The notes beneath the pieces are model-generated. The model saw only the letters and a program-made list of their open reading frames with translations. It was not told the DNA's origin and did no database searches. The position numbers and the translations under genes were made by a program. This document shows, piece by piece, positions 8,783 to 19,189 of a DNA stretch of 35,498 bases (its first letter is position 1; each line of letters starts with the position of its first letter). The stretch is taken from NCBI GenBank assembly GCA_963835065.1, contig CAWIEK010000023.1, positions 1 through 35,498 on the forward strand, given 5' to 3'. This DNA comes from an uncultured Chthonomonadaceae bacterium. GTDB lineage: Bacteria; Armatimonadota; Chthonomonadetes; Chthonomonadales; Chthonomonadaceae.

Positions 8783-10695
8783 GCGGGACGGTTCCTTAGC
8801 TGCTGTTGCTGGGTGAAAGTTTTCTCGATGGCGCGCGAAATTTCGACAAATCCCACTTTTCTTAAGTTCGTGCCGTGAATGAGCCAGGCAAGCGGCTGGA
8901 CAATTGCCAGATGAGACATCAATCCTGCTTGCGCCAATCCTTCCGGCGATTGAAATTCATAACAAAAGTCGCCGACTTCCGTGGCAACGCGCACCATTTC
9001 GACGGAGCGACGATCCGCGAGGGCGAGAATGTCGGTTGCGCTGAAATCTTCGTATTCCGCAAGAGTCGCTTGCACCGGTTCTTCGACGTCATGAATATAG
9101 ACGTAGATGCCGTTAAAGGCTTTGCGCCGCTTGATAGGGGAGTGTTCTTGCAGGCTCATCATTCGCGCCGTTGAGATGAAATGTCTCATCGCATCCGTGA
9201 ATTCCGCGAAAGTGGCGCGCGAGGGCCAGGTATAAACGAAGAAATCAGGATAGATTTCTCCACTCATGTAACTGTCGCCTAAAGCTTTGTGCGTACAGGT
9301 CACATGATATCCGTTCACATCGGGTAATCGGCTAATGTGGGTATCTATCCTTTCCAGAGGAATTATATCTCCCTCTACATCCACATCGCGCACGAGGTCT
9401 TCGATACCTTTGATACTGTCCTTGAATTTGGCTATCGTATTCAAAGCCAGCCGCGTTACACGGTCAAAGAGACGAAAACTCATGCGTGTGGAAGCGCGTT
9501 CTCCCTGTCCCGCGTTGCCTAAAACGCGCCCCTCCGTGCCATAGTTATCAAAGCCCATCACATGGCGAAAATTCTCTTCAGCGACGATGTCCGCTTCGAT
9601 AGCGCAGCGTACCGGCAAAAAAACGCTTTCGTAGCGCTGCATATAATCCATACATGCCATAAGATATGTTCGATCTTCAGGCATGGCGATGGCATGGTGC
9701 GCGCGACTTCGGTTTTGCTGGTAAGTCCGATATTCCGGGATATGATACCAATAGCGCAGGAGCGTCTGCAAATGAAACGCCATTTCAGAAACTTTGTGGG
9801 CCGCGTTCGGGCCGAGGGGCTGTAAATGGGCGTGATACAAGACTTGAATCGGATGGCGGACGAGTGAAACATCGTTGCCGATTACCGGGTCCCAGCGCCA
9901 ATTACGGAATACCTGGCTGGCAACCGGCGAGGACGTGACAAGGCAATATACAGGGCCACCGCGACGAACCGACATTTTTGTCAGCGCGTGAATGGTGGCA
10001 AAGTTGTAAGCGTCAATGAAGTTATTGTTGCCTGAGCCGGGGCGGCGGTAGTCAAGCGAAGCTCGGCAGCCGAGGAACACATCCGGGTCAGGTTGGAAAG
10101 GCAGGTCATGCTCATCCATAAGCTCCGCAAAGGGAATTAGATTAGGCATGTTGCTGAGGTGTTCAAGGCGGGCATGTAAGGTTTCCAATTCCGCGACATC
10201 AGCCAGTGAATGCATTGTTTCGTCAAAAGTAGGAAACAACTCTGTCAGGGTCGGTAAATCCTGGGAGCGCGCATTGTCAAAGTGCTTCATAAAAGCGGCG
10301 ACCATAGGCCGGTTGGCATATTCGTCAAGTTTTTCGCTGGCGCGCTGGGTTTTTTCAATCGTGCGCTTAAGATAGCGTACCAATTCAACTACCGTGCCGG
10401 GCAGCAATGTAAATTTAATAGTCTGCGACCGCAGCAGGGCCTCAATGATTTGCGAGGAGTAGGGACGGGACTTATCAGCCCAAAGATAGTCATAGATCTC
10501 TGAAAAATCAAGCGCGTAAATTACGTCATTATGATGTTGCTGCAAATCAAGATCACAGGATAATATAGTCAGGGTTTTCTGAAATTGATTCGCGCTTTGA
10601 ATCAACTGGTCTAAGGTTTCACAGGTGAGGGGATTCGCCTGCTCATTAATAGACATGGGAAGAACCGGCATAGGTAGACTCATAAATACATCCAC
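8779..10695 (-). CDS. Large hypothetical protein with N-terminal PIN-like nuclease signature
   Basis: Motif order IYALDFSEIY, LLPGTVVEL, NNFIDAYNF, CLVTSS matches the PIN-fold acidic residues. The C-terminal ~330 aa are unrecognised. The exact start is uncertain (10695, 10683 or 10656). Confidence 0.6.
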   Translation of the reverse strand: MDVFMSLPMPVLPMSINEQANPLTCETLDQLIQSANQFQKTLTILSCDLDLQQHHNDVIYALDFSEIYDYLWADKSRPYSSQIIEALLRSQTIKFTLLPGTVVELVRYLKRTIEKTQRASEKLDEYANRPMVAAFMKHFDNARSQDLPTLTELFPTFDETMHSLADVAELETLHARLEHLSNMPNLIPFAELMDEHDLPFQPDPDVFLGCRASLDYRRPGSGNNNFIDAYNFATIHALTKMSVRRGGPVYCLVTSSPVASQVFRNWRWDPVIGNDVSLVRHPIQVLYHAHLQPLGPNAAHKVSEMAFHLQTLLRYWYHIPEYRTYQQNRSRAHHAIAMPEDRTYLMACMDYMQRYESVFLPVRCAIEADIVAEENFRHVMGFDNYGTEGRVLGNAGQGERASTRMSFRLFDRVTRLALNTIAKFKDSIKGIEDLVRDVDVEGDIIPLERIDTHISRLPDVNGYHVTCTHKALGDSYMSGEIYPDFFVYTWPSRATFAEFTDAMRHFISTARMMSLQEHSPIKRRKAFNGIYVYIHDVEEPVQATLAEYEDFSATDILALADRRSVEMVRVATEVGDFCYEFQSPEGLAQAGLMSHLAIVQPLAWLIHGTNLRKVGFVEISRAIEKTFTQQQQLRNRPA

Positions 10696-10929
10696 TTCAA
10701 TAGCATAGATTCGCTCATATCGAGGGGGGGAATGGATGTTTTATGCTGCATCTATTCCGAACCAACAAATGATGTGCATAAGATTTCACACAATATACAA
10801 TTAATCCTTGTCTCTCGTCAATAGGCAAGCGCCATTTTCAGCATCTTACAGGTATTTAACGAAAAAATATATCTTTCGGACTATAATGTTATGCGGGAAA
10901 TCTATGCTGGCCTACAGGCATAGAATGTT

Positions 10930-12099
10930 TTACCGACATTCGCGGTCAATCACGGCGAAAATTTGCTGCATCTGCCGCTCCACATTGTAAAAACGCTCAC
11001 AGGAGGCGCGGGCGGCAAACCCCAGGCTGCGGCGCAGTCCAGCGTCCGTAATCAGGGTTTCCAGCCGCGCCTGCAAGTCGGCGCTGTCACTGCGTTTGGC
11101 AAGCAGGCCCGTGACGCCGTCCTCAATCAGTTCGGGAATGCCACCCACGCCCCCGACAAGCACGGGCAGGCCGCTTGCCATCGCTTCCAGAGACGCGATA
11201 CTACTGCCGTCCGCCTGCGTGGGCAGGCAGAAAATATCCGCCTGCTCGTACAGGCCCATCAATTCGGGCGTGTTCGCCTTCAGCCCGCAATGGACGCGGA
11301 CATTGGGCAGGCGCGGAGCCAGGCTGACGCAAAGCGCCTCATCCGACTCCGTTTTGGGCAAACGCTCCTTGACCCAATCCGGCAGTTCTCCGGGCCAGGT
11401 CACGATATCGAGTTCCCAATTGGTCAGCCGGGTGCGTTCCGCCCAATCCAGCAGCAATAGCCCGCCCTTGCGCAAAAACTCGCCGCCCACCATCAGGATA
11501 CGCGCAGGCTGCATGATGGAGCGCGATTGCCGGTCTATAAACGGCCACCGGCGCAGATTGGCCCCCGGCAGAGTCACATGAATCCGTTCGCGCTTCAAGT
11601 GATAATCGGCGCAAAGCCCCTGCGCCGCCCACTCCGACATGGCGAAAACGCCCCGTCCCGCCTGGTACAAACGGGTTTTAAGCTGCGTTTGCAACGCCGT
11701 ATACGCCGGGTTCTTCAGCTGATGGTTGTACCAGGGCGCGAGGTCGCGTTTCAGCGAGGGCGAAAAATCCAAGTAAAAGTAACTGGGGTGTTGTCGCGTC
11801 AGGGGCAGAAAGTTCATCTGCTCGCCCGCAATGAAAAGCGCCTGCCATTTGGCGGCCCGGTTCAAGCCCTGCCGAGCGTGCCACAGCGTATGCCGTCCGT
11901 AGCGGACATTGTGCGGCAGCCATTGGGCATTGGCAAGGGCATCCGTAGAGTCGCCGCCGTACAGCGCGATCCACTCCGCCCGCTCCCGGTACTCCGGGGG
12001 CAGACATTCCTGAAAGTTGGTGAATTGCGCGGCATGTCCGTGTCCCATCAGGAAGAGGAAACCGATTTTGGGTTGCGTGACGCCGCTCGTTGAAGCCAT
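10930..12099 (-). CDS. Glycosyltransferase family 4 (GT-B)
   Basis: Motifs GGEFLRKGG and ADIFCLPTQADGSSIASLEAMASGLPV...GGIPELIEDGVTG. Confidence 0.92.
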   Translation of the reverse strand: MASTSGVTQPKIGFLFLMGHGHAAQFTNFQECLPPEYRERAEWIALYGGDSTDALANAQWLPHNVRYGRHTLWHARQGLNRAAKWQALFIAGEQMNFLPLTRQHPSYFYLDFSPSLKRDLAPWYNHQLKNPAYTALQTQLKTRLYQAGRGVFAMSEWAAQGLCADYHLKRERIHVTLPGANLRRWPFIDRQSRSIMQPARILMVGGEFLRKGGLLLLDWAERTRLTNWELDIVTWPGELPDWVKERLPKTESDEALCVSLAPRLPNVRVHCGLKANTPELMGLYEQADIFCLPTQADGSSIASLEAMASGLPVLVGGVGGIPELIEDGVTGLLAKRSDSADLQARLETLITDAGLRRSLGFAARASCERFYNVERQMQQIFAVIDRECR

Positions 12100-12179
12100 G
12101 TTTCTTGTTTATTCCAAATGCTGAACTTCGGAAATACCGTTTTTACTGCCCGAATACATTTCGCCGGGTATGTTCAACC

Positions 12180-12209
12180 CTATCAACTAAAAACTATCAA
12201 CTATCAACT
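12180..12209. repeat. Heptamer tandem repeat (CTATCAA-type)
   Basis: CTATCAA CTAAAAA CTATCAA CTATCAA in the intergenic region. Confidence 0.7.
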
Positions 12210-12211
12210 GT

Positions 12212-13433
12212 TTAGAAACGGCGCGCGCCCAGTTGTTTGCGCCGCGCAATGGCGCGTTGATAACCGGCTTCCTGAAGCGCGGCGACCCGTTCCACATTAT
12301 ATTCTGCTCAATACCCGTTGCCGCGCCTTCTGCCCAAGCTCAGTACGCATGGAGGGATTTTGCAGCAGTTCTACGATTGCCGCCGCGAGTTCTTCGGGCC
12401 GGCGCGGGGTTGCCAGCCGCCCTACGTTGCCGCCATCCAGCATTTCGGCCATGCCGCCCGCGCGGCTGCCGACAACGCCGCGCCCCGCCGACATCGCTTC
12501 CAGGCAGACGAGAGGAAAGTTTTCCCACAGGCTGGGGAACGCGCAAATGTCGGTTTCTTGCAGCATCTGCGGAATACTGTCCAAAGCCACTTTGCCGACG
12601 AATTCACAACTGGCAAGATGGCCGGACAATTCGCGCTGGAGATACTGTTCCATGTTGAGCGTGGGGTCGGGCGACGCCTGCGCTTCCCCCACAAAGCGAA
12701 ACTGCGCCTGCGGACACTGCTTCAATACAAGGGGAATGGCGCGTCCCAAATCCACCACGCCCTTACGCACTTCCAAGCGGCCCAAAAACGTGACACGGTT
12801 GGAAAGCGTGTCGGCGGGAATGGCAAGCATAGCCGGGGCGGGCGTATACGGATAGGGAATGGCGACCACGCGGGACTTGTCCAGCTTCCATTCCCGCGTC
12901 ATCATATCGGCCAGGGACTGTGAGGGCGACACCACTTCATCGGCTTGCAGGGCATGGGTGTGTTCCCAATCGCGCATGGGAATGTTCGGAAAAACGGATT
13001 GCGCCCGCCGCCGCGCCACGCCCAGCAACGTCCGGCTTTGACTGAGCAACCCACGCTCCTGCCGCCCCAACGCGCCGCACAAATAAAACGGCGTGTGCAG
13101 TTTGACGACAAGCGGAATGTCCGGCACAAGCCGTACCGCTTCCAGCGCGTCGGCGCGAAACTCCGGGCCTTCCAGCACGTCGAAAGCGACCTGACTATGC
13201 CGATGGGCGAAAGCAGCCCCGACATTTGCGGTAAAAAGCCCCTCCTGCATCGGGATGCGGTGAACCACAATCCCGTCCTCGCAGTGCGTTTTCTCCGCTC
13301 CATTCGTGCCGGCAAACACCTCAACCAGATGCCCGCGCCCCGCCAGCATCCGCGCCGCCTGCCGCGCGTACGTCGCAATGCCGCCATACGCCGTTTCCGG
13401 CGGATACTCCAAACTTATCAATGCCACATTCAT
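12212..13433 (-). CDS. Glycosyltransferase family 4 (apparent 1-nt frameshift near 12308)
   Basis: Motifs SLEYPPETAYGGIATY, FLGRLEVRKGV and FPSLWENFPLVCLEAMSAG. The typical C-terminal helix AEYNVERVAALQEAGYQRAI... continues in another frame to TAA at 12212-12214. Confidence 0.88.
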
Positions 13434-13448
13434 AATAATATCTTATTC

Positions 13449-14384
13449 CTAAACTCGAAACACATAATGCAGCCGCAGGGCGCGGACATAATGAATCAGC
13501 GCATGGCGAGCTTGTTTGGCGGCAAGAGGAAACTGTCTGTGCGCCAGGGCTTCAACTGCCCACTTTTTGCGTCCGCGAAACAAGCCGTGTTCATGGTTCC
13601 ACGCCCCGGAGCGCACCATCTGTTTTTGCGCATCCGTCAGAGTCGGCAGGGACATTAATTTGCGAAAGAAAGCGCGTTCCGCCTGCTTCATCCGTTCGGA
13701 CTGGCGCGAAGCGTTACCGCCGTGCATCCGATAACGCAGCACAACGCGGTTCAGCGTCAGGATGGGACCGAGCAGCGTCAGCCTCGCCCATATATCCCAA
13801 TCATCGGCGGGAGCGACAGCCTGATCCCACGCCCCGGCCTGCTCCAAAAACGTTCGCCTGATGAGAACCATGCCGGGAGAAATGATCGGGTTCTGGCAGG
13901 TAATCACGTCGAATGTAATCGGTTCACCGGGTGGGCAGGCTTCGATATGCCCGTTCCGCGTCCGTGTCATTTCCCAGGAAACCGGCGCTTCGGCCTGCAA
14001 AAATTTTCCGTCCGCGTCCACCGCGCGGCAAAAGCCGGTCACAGCCGCCGCGTTGGGATTTTGCCGCAACGATTGCATCAGCAGTTGCAGCGCGTCCGGT
14101 TCCCACATATCGTCGTTATCCAGAAAGATAACGAATTCCGCTGCCGCATTGGTTTCCGCATAGCCCCGGTTGCGGGCGGCGGCAACCCCGCCATTGGCCT
14201 GCGTCACCACACGAATACGCGCGTCCCGCTCGGCAAAAGCGCGGGCGATTGCAAGCGTCGCGTCCGTCGAGCCATCGTCGGCAATCACCAACTCCCACTC
14301 GGAAAAGGTTTGCGCCAGAACGCTTTCCACAGTCAGCGCCAGAAATCGCTCCGAATTAAAGGCAGGTATGACGATAGAGATCAT
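13449..14384 (-). CDS. Glycosyltransferase family 2
   Basis: Motifs ISIVIPAFN, IADDGSTD, NGGVAAARNRG, FLDNDD and ADDWDIWARL. Confidence 0.93.
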   Translation of the reverse strand: MISIVIPAFNSERFLALTVESVLAQTFSEWELVIADDGSTDATLAIARAFAERDARIRVVTQANGGVAAARNRGYAETNAAAEFVIFLDNDDMWEPDALQLLMQSLRQNPNAAAVTGFCRAVDADGKFLQAEAPVSWEMTRTRNGHIEACPPGEPITFDVITCQNPIISPGMVLIRRTFLEQAGAWDQAVAPADDWDIWARLTLLGPILTLNRVVLRYRMHGGNASRQSERMKQAERAFFRKLMSLPTLTDAQKQMVRSGAWNHEHGLFRGRKKWAVEALAHRQFPLAAKQARHALIHYVRALRLHYVFRV

Positions 14385-14389
14385 AGTTG

Positions 14390-14488
14390 TTAGGCATTAG
14401 GCATTAGGCATTAGGGAAGAAGACATAGGGACAGAAGACAGAAGCGGCAACGTCTGGAACATCGAGTACCTGAACCCCTGACCCCTAA
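14390..14488. repeat. Heptamer repeat element (TAGGCAT x3, ACAGAAG x2) with short terminal complementarity
   Basis: TTAGGCATTAGGCATTAGGCATTAGGG ... CCTGAACCCCTGACCCCTAA. Confidence 0.6.
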
Positions 14489-15406
14489 TCATGCGCTGCG
14501 CTTTTGCAGCAGTCCCCTGTCATTGACGCAAAAATTCGTGACACATTCCTGATAGGCTTGCTCGAACGCGCGGACGCGCCGCGCGGTCATTGGCAGGCGG
14601 TACAAGCGGGACAGATTATGTTTGAGTTTCGCCTGGCCCCGCGTGATTTGCAGCCACTCCGCGCCGCGTGGATCGTCCATCAGCGTGAGTTTGGCGGCCA
14701 TCGCGCCATTCCCCCGCGCATAGTTGGCGGAGTTTTTCAGCATTACGCGCAGGCCATAGCGTGTGCCGTAGGTATGATGCACGATGCTGCGGTTCGTGGA
14801 CAGCATCGGCATCCGGGCGCGTTCCAGGCGAAACCCGAAGTCTACATCATCGGCAACGGGAAAATGCGCGCCAGGTCCCAGAAACGTATCGAAGGGACCA
14901 ATCCGCTCCCACGCTTCGCGGCGAACGGCAAAATTGCCGCCGACCCAACCCCAGCCTTTGGGCGGGGTGGCGAATGTCTGCGCCGGGTCATACACCACTT
15001 CATCCGGCAAAACGAAAGGACAGCTTGCGATTTGCCAGCGCGGGCGCGACGGCGCGACCAGCGCGCCGCCCACCAGCCACACATCGGGATACCGCTGAAA
15101 ACACTGCGCCACGACTTCGGCCCAGTCCTCCTGCGCCTCGCAATCATCGTCTGTAAACAAAACAATCGGATACGAAGCGGCTTCCATGCCGGCATTGCGC
15201 GCCAGGCTCAATCCGCTGTCCTGAAGGTGCAGAAAACGAACGCGCGGGTCGGGATGCCCCCGCTCCACAAAGGCTTTGAGTTCAGGGTTCTCGCCCTGCG
15301 CGACCACGATCATTTCCCACTCGCGCCAGGTCTGCCGACAAATAGAGGCCAGCGTCGCATCCAAATGCGTAGGCCGCACCGTGGGAATAACGATGGAAAC
15401 GTGCAT
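14489..15406 (-). CDS. Glycosyltransferase family 2
   Basis: Motifs VSIVIPT, GLSLARNAG, FTDDDC, GGNFAVRR and ADDVDFGFRL. Confidence 0.92.
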   Translation of the reverse strand: MHVSIVIPTVRPTHLDATLASICRQTWREWEMIVVAQGENPELKAFVERGHPDPRVRFLHLQDSGLSLARNAGMEAASYPIVLFTDDDCEAQEDWAEVVAQCFQRYPDVWLVGGALVAPSRPRWQIASCPFVLPDEVVYDPAQTFATPPKGWGWVGGNFAVRREAWERIGPFDTFLGPGAHFPVADDVDFGFRLERARMPMLSTNRSIVHHTYGTRYGLRVMLKNSANYARGNGAMAAKLTLMDDPRGAEWLQITRGQAKLKHNLSRLYRLPMTARRVRAFEQAYQECVTNFCVNDRGLLQKRSA

Positions 15407-15415
15407 CTTGGTTCC

Positions 15416-16336
15416 TTACATCTTCGGCTGAAGCAAGCCCTGTTCATTGACGCAAAAATGCGTGATACATTCCGCATACGCTTGTTGGAAATGGCGCTTG
15501 CGGTTAATGGCGAAAGGCAGGCGGTGCGGGCGCAGGGTTTGCAGCGACTCCAGCCACCACTGCTGCGCGGTTTCGCGCAGCCATTGCGCACCGCGTGGAT
15601 CGCCCATCAGCGTCAGCTTCCCGGCTACTGCCCCATTGCCGCGCGCATACGCCCGTGACATCCGCATCACGGCCTCCATGCCATAGCGGATGCCATACGT
15701 GTGCGTCACGACAGAGCGGGGCGTCACCAGCATCTTGACGCGGGCGCGTTCCAGGCGCAGCCGCCAGTCCGTGTCTTCCCCGGCGCAAAAATGGCTGCCC
15801 GTGCCAAGATAAGGGTCGAAGGGACCCATGCTTTGCGCAAGTTCGCGCCGGACGGCGACATTGGCCGTAATCCAGTCCCAGCCTTTCGGCGGGCGATTGG
15901 GCGTTTGCGCCGGGTCATACAGGCTTTCCGGGGGGCGCACGAAAGGACACATGTGAATACGACCCCGAATCCCCGGCGGTACGCGCACCGCGCCCCCAAC
16001 CACGCCCACGTCGGGATAACGCTGGAAATTCTCGGCAATCACCGTCAGCCAATCCGCCTGCGCTTCGCAATCATCGTCCATCATGGCAATAATGTCGCCC
16101 GTCGCCGCCATGACGCCCGCCGTGCGCGCGTGACTGACGCCCATCTCCTGCATCCGCGCGATACGCAGGCGCGGGTCGCCCTGCCCGGCTTCCTGGACGG
16201 TCGCTTCCAGGGCGGGGTACGCGCCCTGCGCCACGATGATCAGTTCCCAATCCGTCCATTGCTGCCGCAAAATCGAGCGAATGGCGTAGGGAAGCGTGTC
16301 GGCGCGTATGCTTGGGACAAAGACAGAAATTTGCAT
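15416..16336 (-). CDS. Glycosyltransferase family 2 (paralog of the adjacent gene)
   Basis: Motifs ISVFVPS, GVSHARTAG, MMDDDC and GEDTDWRLRL. Shares YARGNGA..KLTLM.DPRGA.WL with 14489-15406. Confidence 0.92.
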   Translation of the reverse strand: MQISVFVPSIRADTLPYAIRSILRQQWTDWELIIVAQGAYPALEATVQEAGQGDPRLRIARMQEMGVSHARTAGVMAATGDIIAMMDDDCEAQADWLTVIAENFQRYPDVGVVGGAVRVPPGIRGRIHMCPFVRPPESLYDPAQTPNRPPKGWDWITANVAVRRELAQSMGPFDPYLGTGSHFCAGEDTDWRLRLERARVKMLVTPRSVVTHTYGIRYGMEAVMRMSRAYARGNGAVAGKLTLMGDPRGAQWLRETAQQWWLESLQTLRPHRLPFAINRKRHFQQAYAECITHFCVNEQGLLQPKM

Positions 16337-16387
16337 CGTGCTTACATTATACGCAACTTGCGTCCATTTTTGGAGGTTTTACGCGAC

Positions 16388-16429
16388 AAACCGCCATGTT
16401 CTTCTCTACAAAGAAGAACATGGCGGTTT
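16388..16429. terminator. 18-bp stem-loop, probable intrinsic terminator
   Basis: AAACCGCCATGTTCTTCT pairs with AGAAGAACATGGCGGTTT around a 6-nt loop, downstream of the minus-strand lipoprotein gene. Confidence 0.65.
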
Positions 16430-16541
16430 CGCAAGCCTCAAATGACGCTCGACACGAAGAAATCCGCATGAACGACGTTTACCTTTGAGCCTGAACATGC
16501 CGGATTGTCCGAATACCGAACACCGGCTTTTTCAGGATCGT

Positions 16542-17849
16542 CTATGGGTTGAGAGTCAGTTTCACGTTCTTTAATCCCCAGCCCTCATCCAACACGGCCT
16601 GAGTCTGATTAGAGGTGAAATTGAGTTTCACGGAAGACGCGGAATGGGGGAACGTATATTTCAGATGGTAGACCGCGTCGGTCGGGGCGCTCGCAAAGAC
16701 ATAGCCAAGCGTGTTCACTTCCGCCGCGCCGGCTTGGAAGGGATGGTTTCCGGTCGGAAAGCTGTCGGGAAACGCCTGGAAAAATCCCTGCGGAAATCCG
16801 GCGCGATTGGTTGCCAGCCCCGGAGTGATATTGGAAAACGACGTGTGCAGCAGCGTTGGGCCACCGTCCACGCCCAGATCCCAGACATCCGGGCCGACGC
16901 CGGGAATGGTAGCGTTGCCGTCCCAACTCCCGATAATGAAAAGATCGAATTCGATGGTGGCCGAAGTGTGCGCGGCCAGCTTACCCAGGCTCAGACTGAC
17001 GGTTCCCACACTGAACCGGCCGAGAAACGGGGTCGGCGGATGACTGGCCGTTCCCGGCGTGGTTTCCGTATGCGTATTGGACCATTCCGAGCCGACAGGA
17101 TTTACAAAATCGTTGGCGTAGACAACAGTGGAGCCTGCAGAAGTGCCCGTGCCCCCGGATCCGCCCGACCCGCCAGAACCGGAACCGCCCGATCCGCCCG
17201 AACCGCTGCCGCCAGTGCCACTCGTGCCGCCGCTGCCGCTCGTGCCGGAACCGCTGCCGTCGCCGCCCAGGCCGGAACCGCCGGGACTGCTGCTGCTGCC
17301 GCTGCCGAAGGCAGTGACCGTGAGGGTAATCTGCGCCCGCGTCTGCGATTTGCCTTCAATGACCGTGATAAGCGCCGTGCCCGCCTGGACGCCCGAAATG
17401 GTGGCCGTTGCTCCCTGCGAGGTCAAGACCGCCACGCCCGGAGCGCTGCTCGTCCACTGCCAGTTTTCGTCGGGAACCGCGACGGGGTTGCCGGAAGCGT
17501 CTTTCGCCAGGGCTGTCAGCGTGAGGCGGCGATTGGCTTCCAGCGTAGCCGTTGCCGGGGAAATCTCAATGGCCGTCACCACAGCAGGCGTTGTGGTGGA
17601 AGCGCCGGTTCCGCTGGTTGCGCCGGCTCCCGACTGAACGCCGGGACCGGCATTGCTGGTCCCGAACGTCGAACTGATGCCGCCCGTTGCCGCGTTGGAG
17701 ATGCCGCCGGTGGTGGAAGTGCCGCCGGAAGTACCGCTGCCTAACCCGTTGCTTCCGCTGGTTGTCGCGCTGCTGCCACTGCCGCCGCCACCACAACCAC
17801 TGAGCAGCGATAAGCACAAAAATGCCAGAATAGGCTTAACTGTTCGCAT
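16542..17849 (-). CDS. Lipoprotein with Ig-like (Big_2-type) domain, Gly/Ser linkers and C-terminal beta-sandwich domain
   Basis: GAGGAG RBS before ATG 17849. Lipobox LSG-C. Ig pattern IEISPATATL...LTALAKDASG...WTSSAPGVA. GSGGSGG repeats. Confidence 0.8.
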   Translation of the reverse strand: MRTVKPILAFLCLSLLSGCGGGGSGSSATTSGSNGLGSGTSGGTSTTGGISNAATGGISSTFGTSNAGPGVQSGAGATSGTGASTTTPAVVTAIEISPATATLEANRRLTLTALAKDASGNPVAVPDENWQWTSSAPGVAVLTSQGATATISGVQAGTALITVIEGKSQTRAQITLTVTAFGSGSSSSPGGSGLGGDGSGSGTSGSGGTSGTGGSGSGGSGGSGSGGSGGSGGTGTSAGSTVVYANDFVNPVGSEWSNTHTETTPGTASHPPTPFLGRFSVGTVSLSLGKLAAHTSATIEFDLFIIGSWDGNATIPGVGPDVWDLGVDGGPTLLHTSFSNITPGLATNRAGFPQGFFQAFPDSFPTGNHPFQAGAAEVNTLGYVFASAPTDAVYHLKYTFPHSASSVKLNFTSNQTQAVLDEGWGLKNVKLTLNP

Positions 17850-18347
17850 AAAGTTTCTCCTCAAGGAAGACGTAAGATCAGACTGCAAAGATGGATACAA
17901 CAAGAGATGGGTACTGCACAAAAGGGTACTACAGAAATTGAAACAACAGAAGTTCTGCCGCGAAAAACGCAGGGAGATGATGTGCAGGCGCATCGCGCCG
18001 GGGATAGCTGATATTGCAGGGAGGACAGATCCGGGACAGCGGATTGGATATGTTCCCTGAATGCAATCGGGGGCAGCTAAACGCGAAACAACAGTTTATA
18101 CAGTTTTGCACGTCCTTTTAGACGATCCGCCCGGCAATTGTGTTCCCAAATGCAGGCCATTGCGCGACAATAATCTCTCCGCCGCGCTCTTTGTGGAAAA
18201 ATCTAAAAAATATACCGTGTGGGATGAGGAATCGTGCAGGGTTTCGTAAGGGAATGTCAAAGACTCCAGTAAGAAACGCAGAGTGGAGAGCAGCGTAAGC
18301 ATCCCGCGCGCAAAGCGCGCATTTCGGTTAAGAAGGGAGACGAAACC

Positions 18348-19064
18348 ATGCCCAATCCGATAGTGGCGATCAGCGTTGATTGCGTATGCGCCGGCAGCGG
18401 CAAATGTTATGTGTCAGAGTTGGTGGCCGTGACCGAACAGGTCAACATTCCGCTCACCTGGCTCCTGGATGTCGGCGAACACGATCCGATGTCCAACCTC
18501 ACCCTCTACTACAACGAGTATTTCCATCGCATCCCCTCCTGGCACGAACTCGGCATGCACATCACATTCGATACGGGAACTTCCAACACGGTCGCGCGCG
18601 GCGATCTGATTCGCGTCGGCAAAGACCTGCTCAAGCAGCATCGCATCAAGCCGACCGCGTTTCGGGCGGCCAATGGCGACCTGGAAGCCGGCGACCTGCG
18701 CGCCCTGGAAGACTGCGGCATTCTGGTGGACAGTACGCCCGGTTCGAGCGCGGGCAGGCCCCTCAATGCGCCCAAATCACCCTATCATCCCTCGTACACC
18801 AACGTTCACGAGGCGGGAGACGCCAAACTGTGGGTCGTACCCGTCGCCAACGTCAACGGCGCGCGCGGCTACATTGACGAAGGCTTTGACCGCATCAAGC
18901 CCATCCTTGACGCCGGCCTGTCGCAATCCTCCGACACGCCCATTTTGAGCCTCGCCCTGTGCGATTGCATTGACAACGCGGACAACCTGCGCCACGTGGT
19001 CAGCTACCTGAAGCAGCGAGATGCCCGCTTCGTCACCCTGACGCAGTTGGCGATGGAGTTGTAG
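18348..19064 (+). CDS. Polysaccharide deacetylase-like (NodB/CE4-fold) protein
   Basis: Motifs ISVD, IPLTWLL, HELGMH, PTAFRA, GILVDST and FVTLTQL. GGGAG RBS. Confidence 0.6.
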   Translation: MPNPIVAISVDCVCAGSGKCYVSELVAVTEQVNIPLTWLLDVGEHDPMSNLTLYYNEYFHRIPSWHELGMHITFDTGTSNTVARGDLIRVGKDLLKQHRIKPTAFRAANGDLEAGDLRALEDCGILVDSTPGSSAGRPLNAPKSPYHPSYTNVHEAGDAKLWVVPVANVNGARGYIDEGFDRIKPILDAGLSQSSDTPILSLALCDCIDNADNLRHVVSYLKQRDARFVTLTQLAMEL

Positions 19065-19174
19065 TAGGGATGAGGATAAGAGATAAGAGATAAGAGTAGA
19101 ACTGCTTCCTACTCGCTCATATCTTTACAGTTAAGATAAGTGTTAGATGCCTCTTATCTCTTATCTCATCCCTA
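19065..19174. repeat. Palindrome with GATAAGA heptamer arms
   Basis: TAGGGATGAGGATAAGAGATAAGAG (19065-19089) pairs with CTCTTATCTCTTATCTCATCCCTA (19151-19174). Confidence 0.85.
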
Positions 19175-19189
19175 AATGGAGGCGAGAAC

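Noticed and set aside
4009..10920. Prophage or integrative element
   Set aside because: No integrase, att repeats, tRNA or structural genes were seen. There is only one phage-like gene.
17128..17340. GC-rich repeats as a mobile or non-coding repeat
   Set aside because: They encode the Gly/Ser linker of the lipoprotein.
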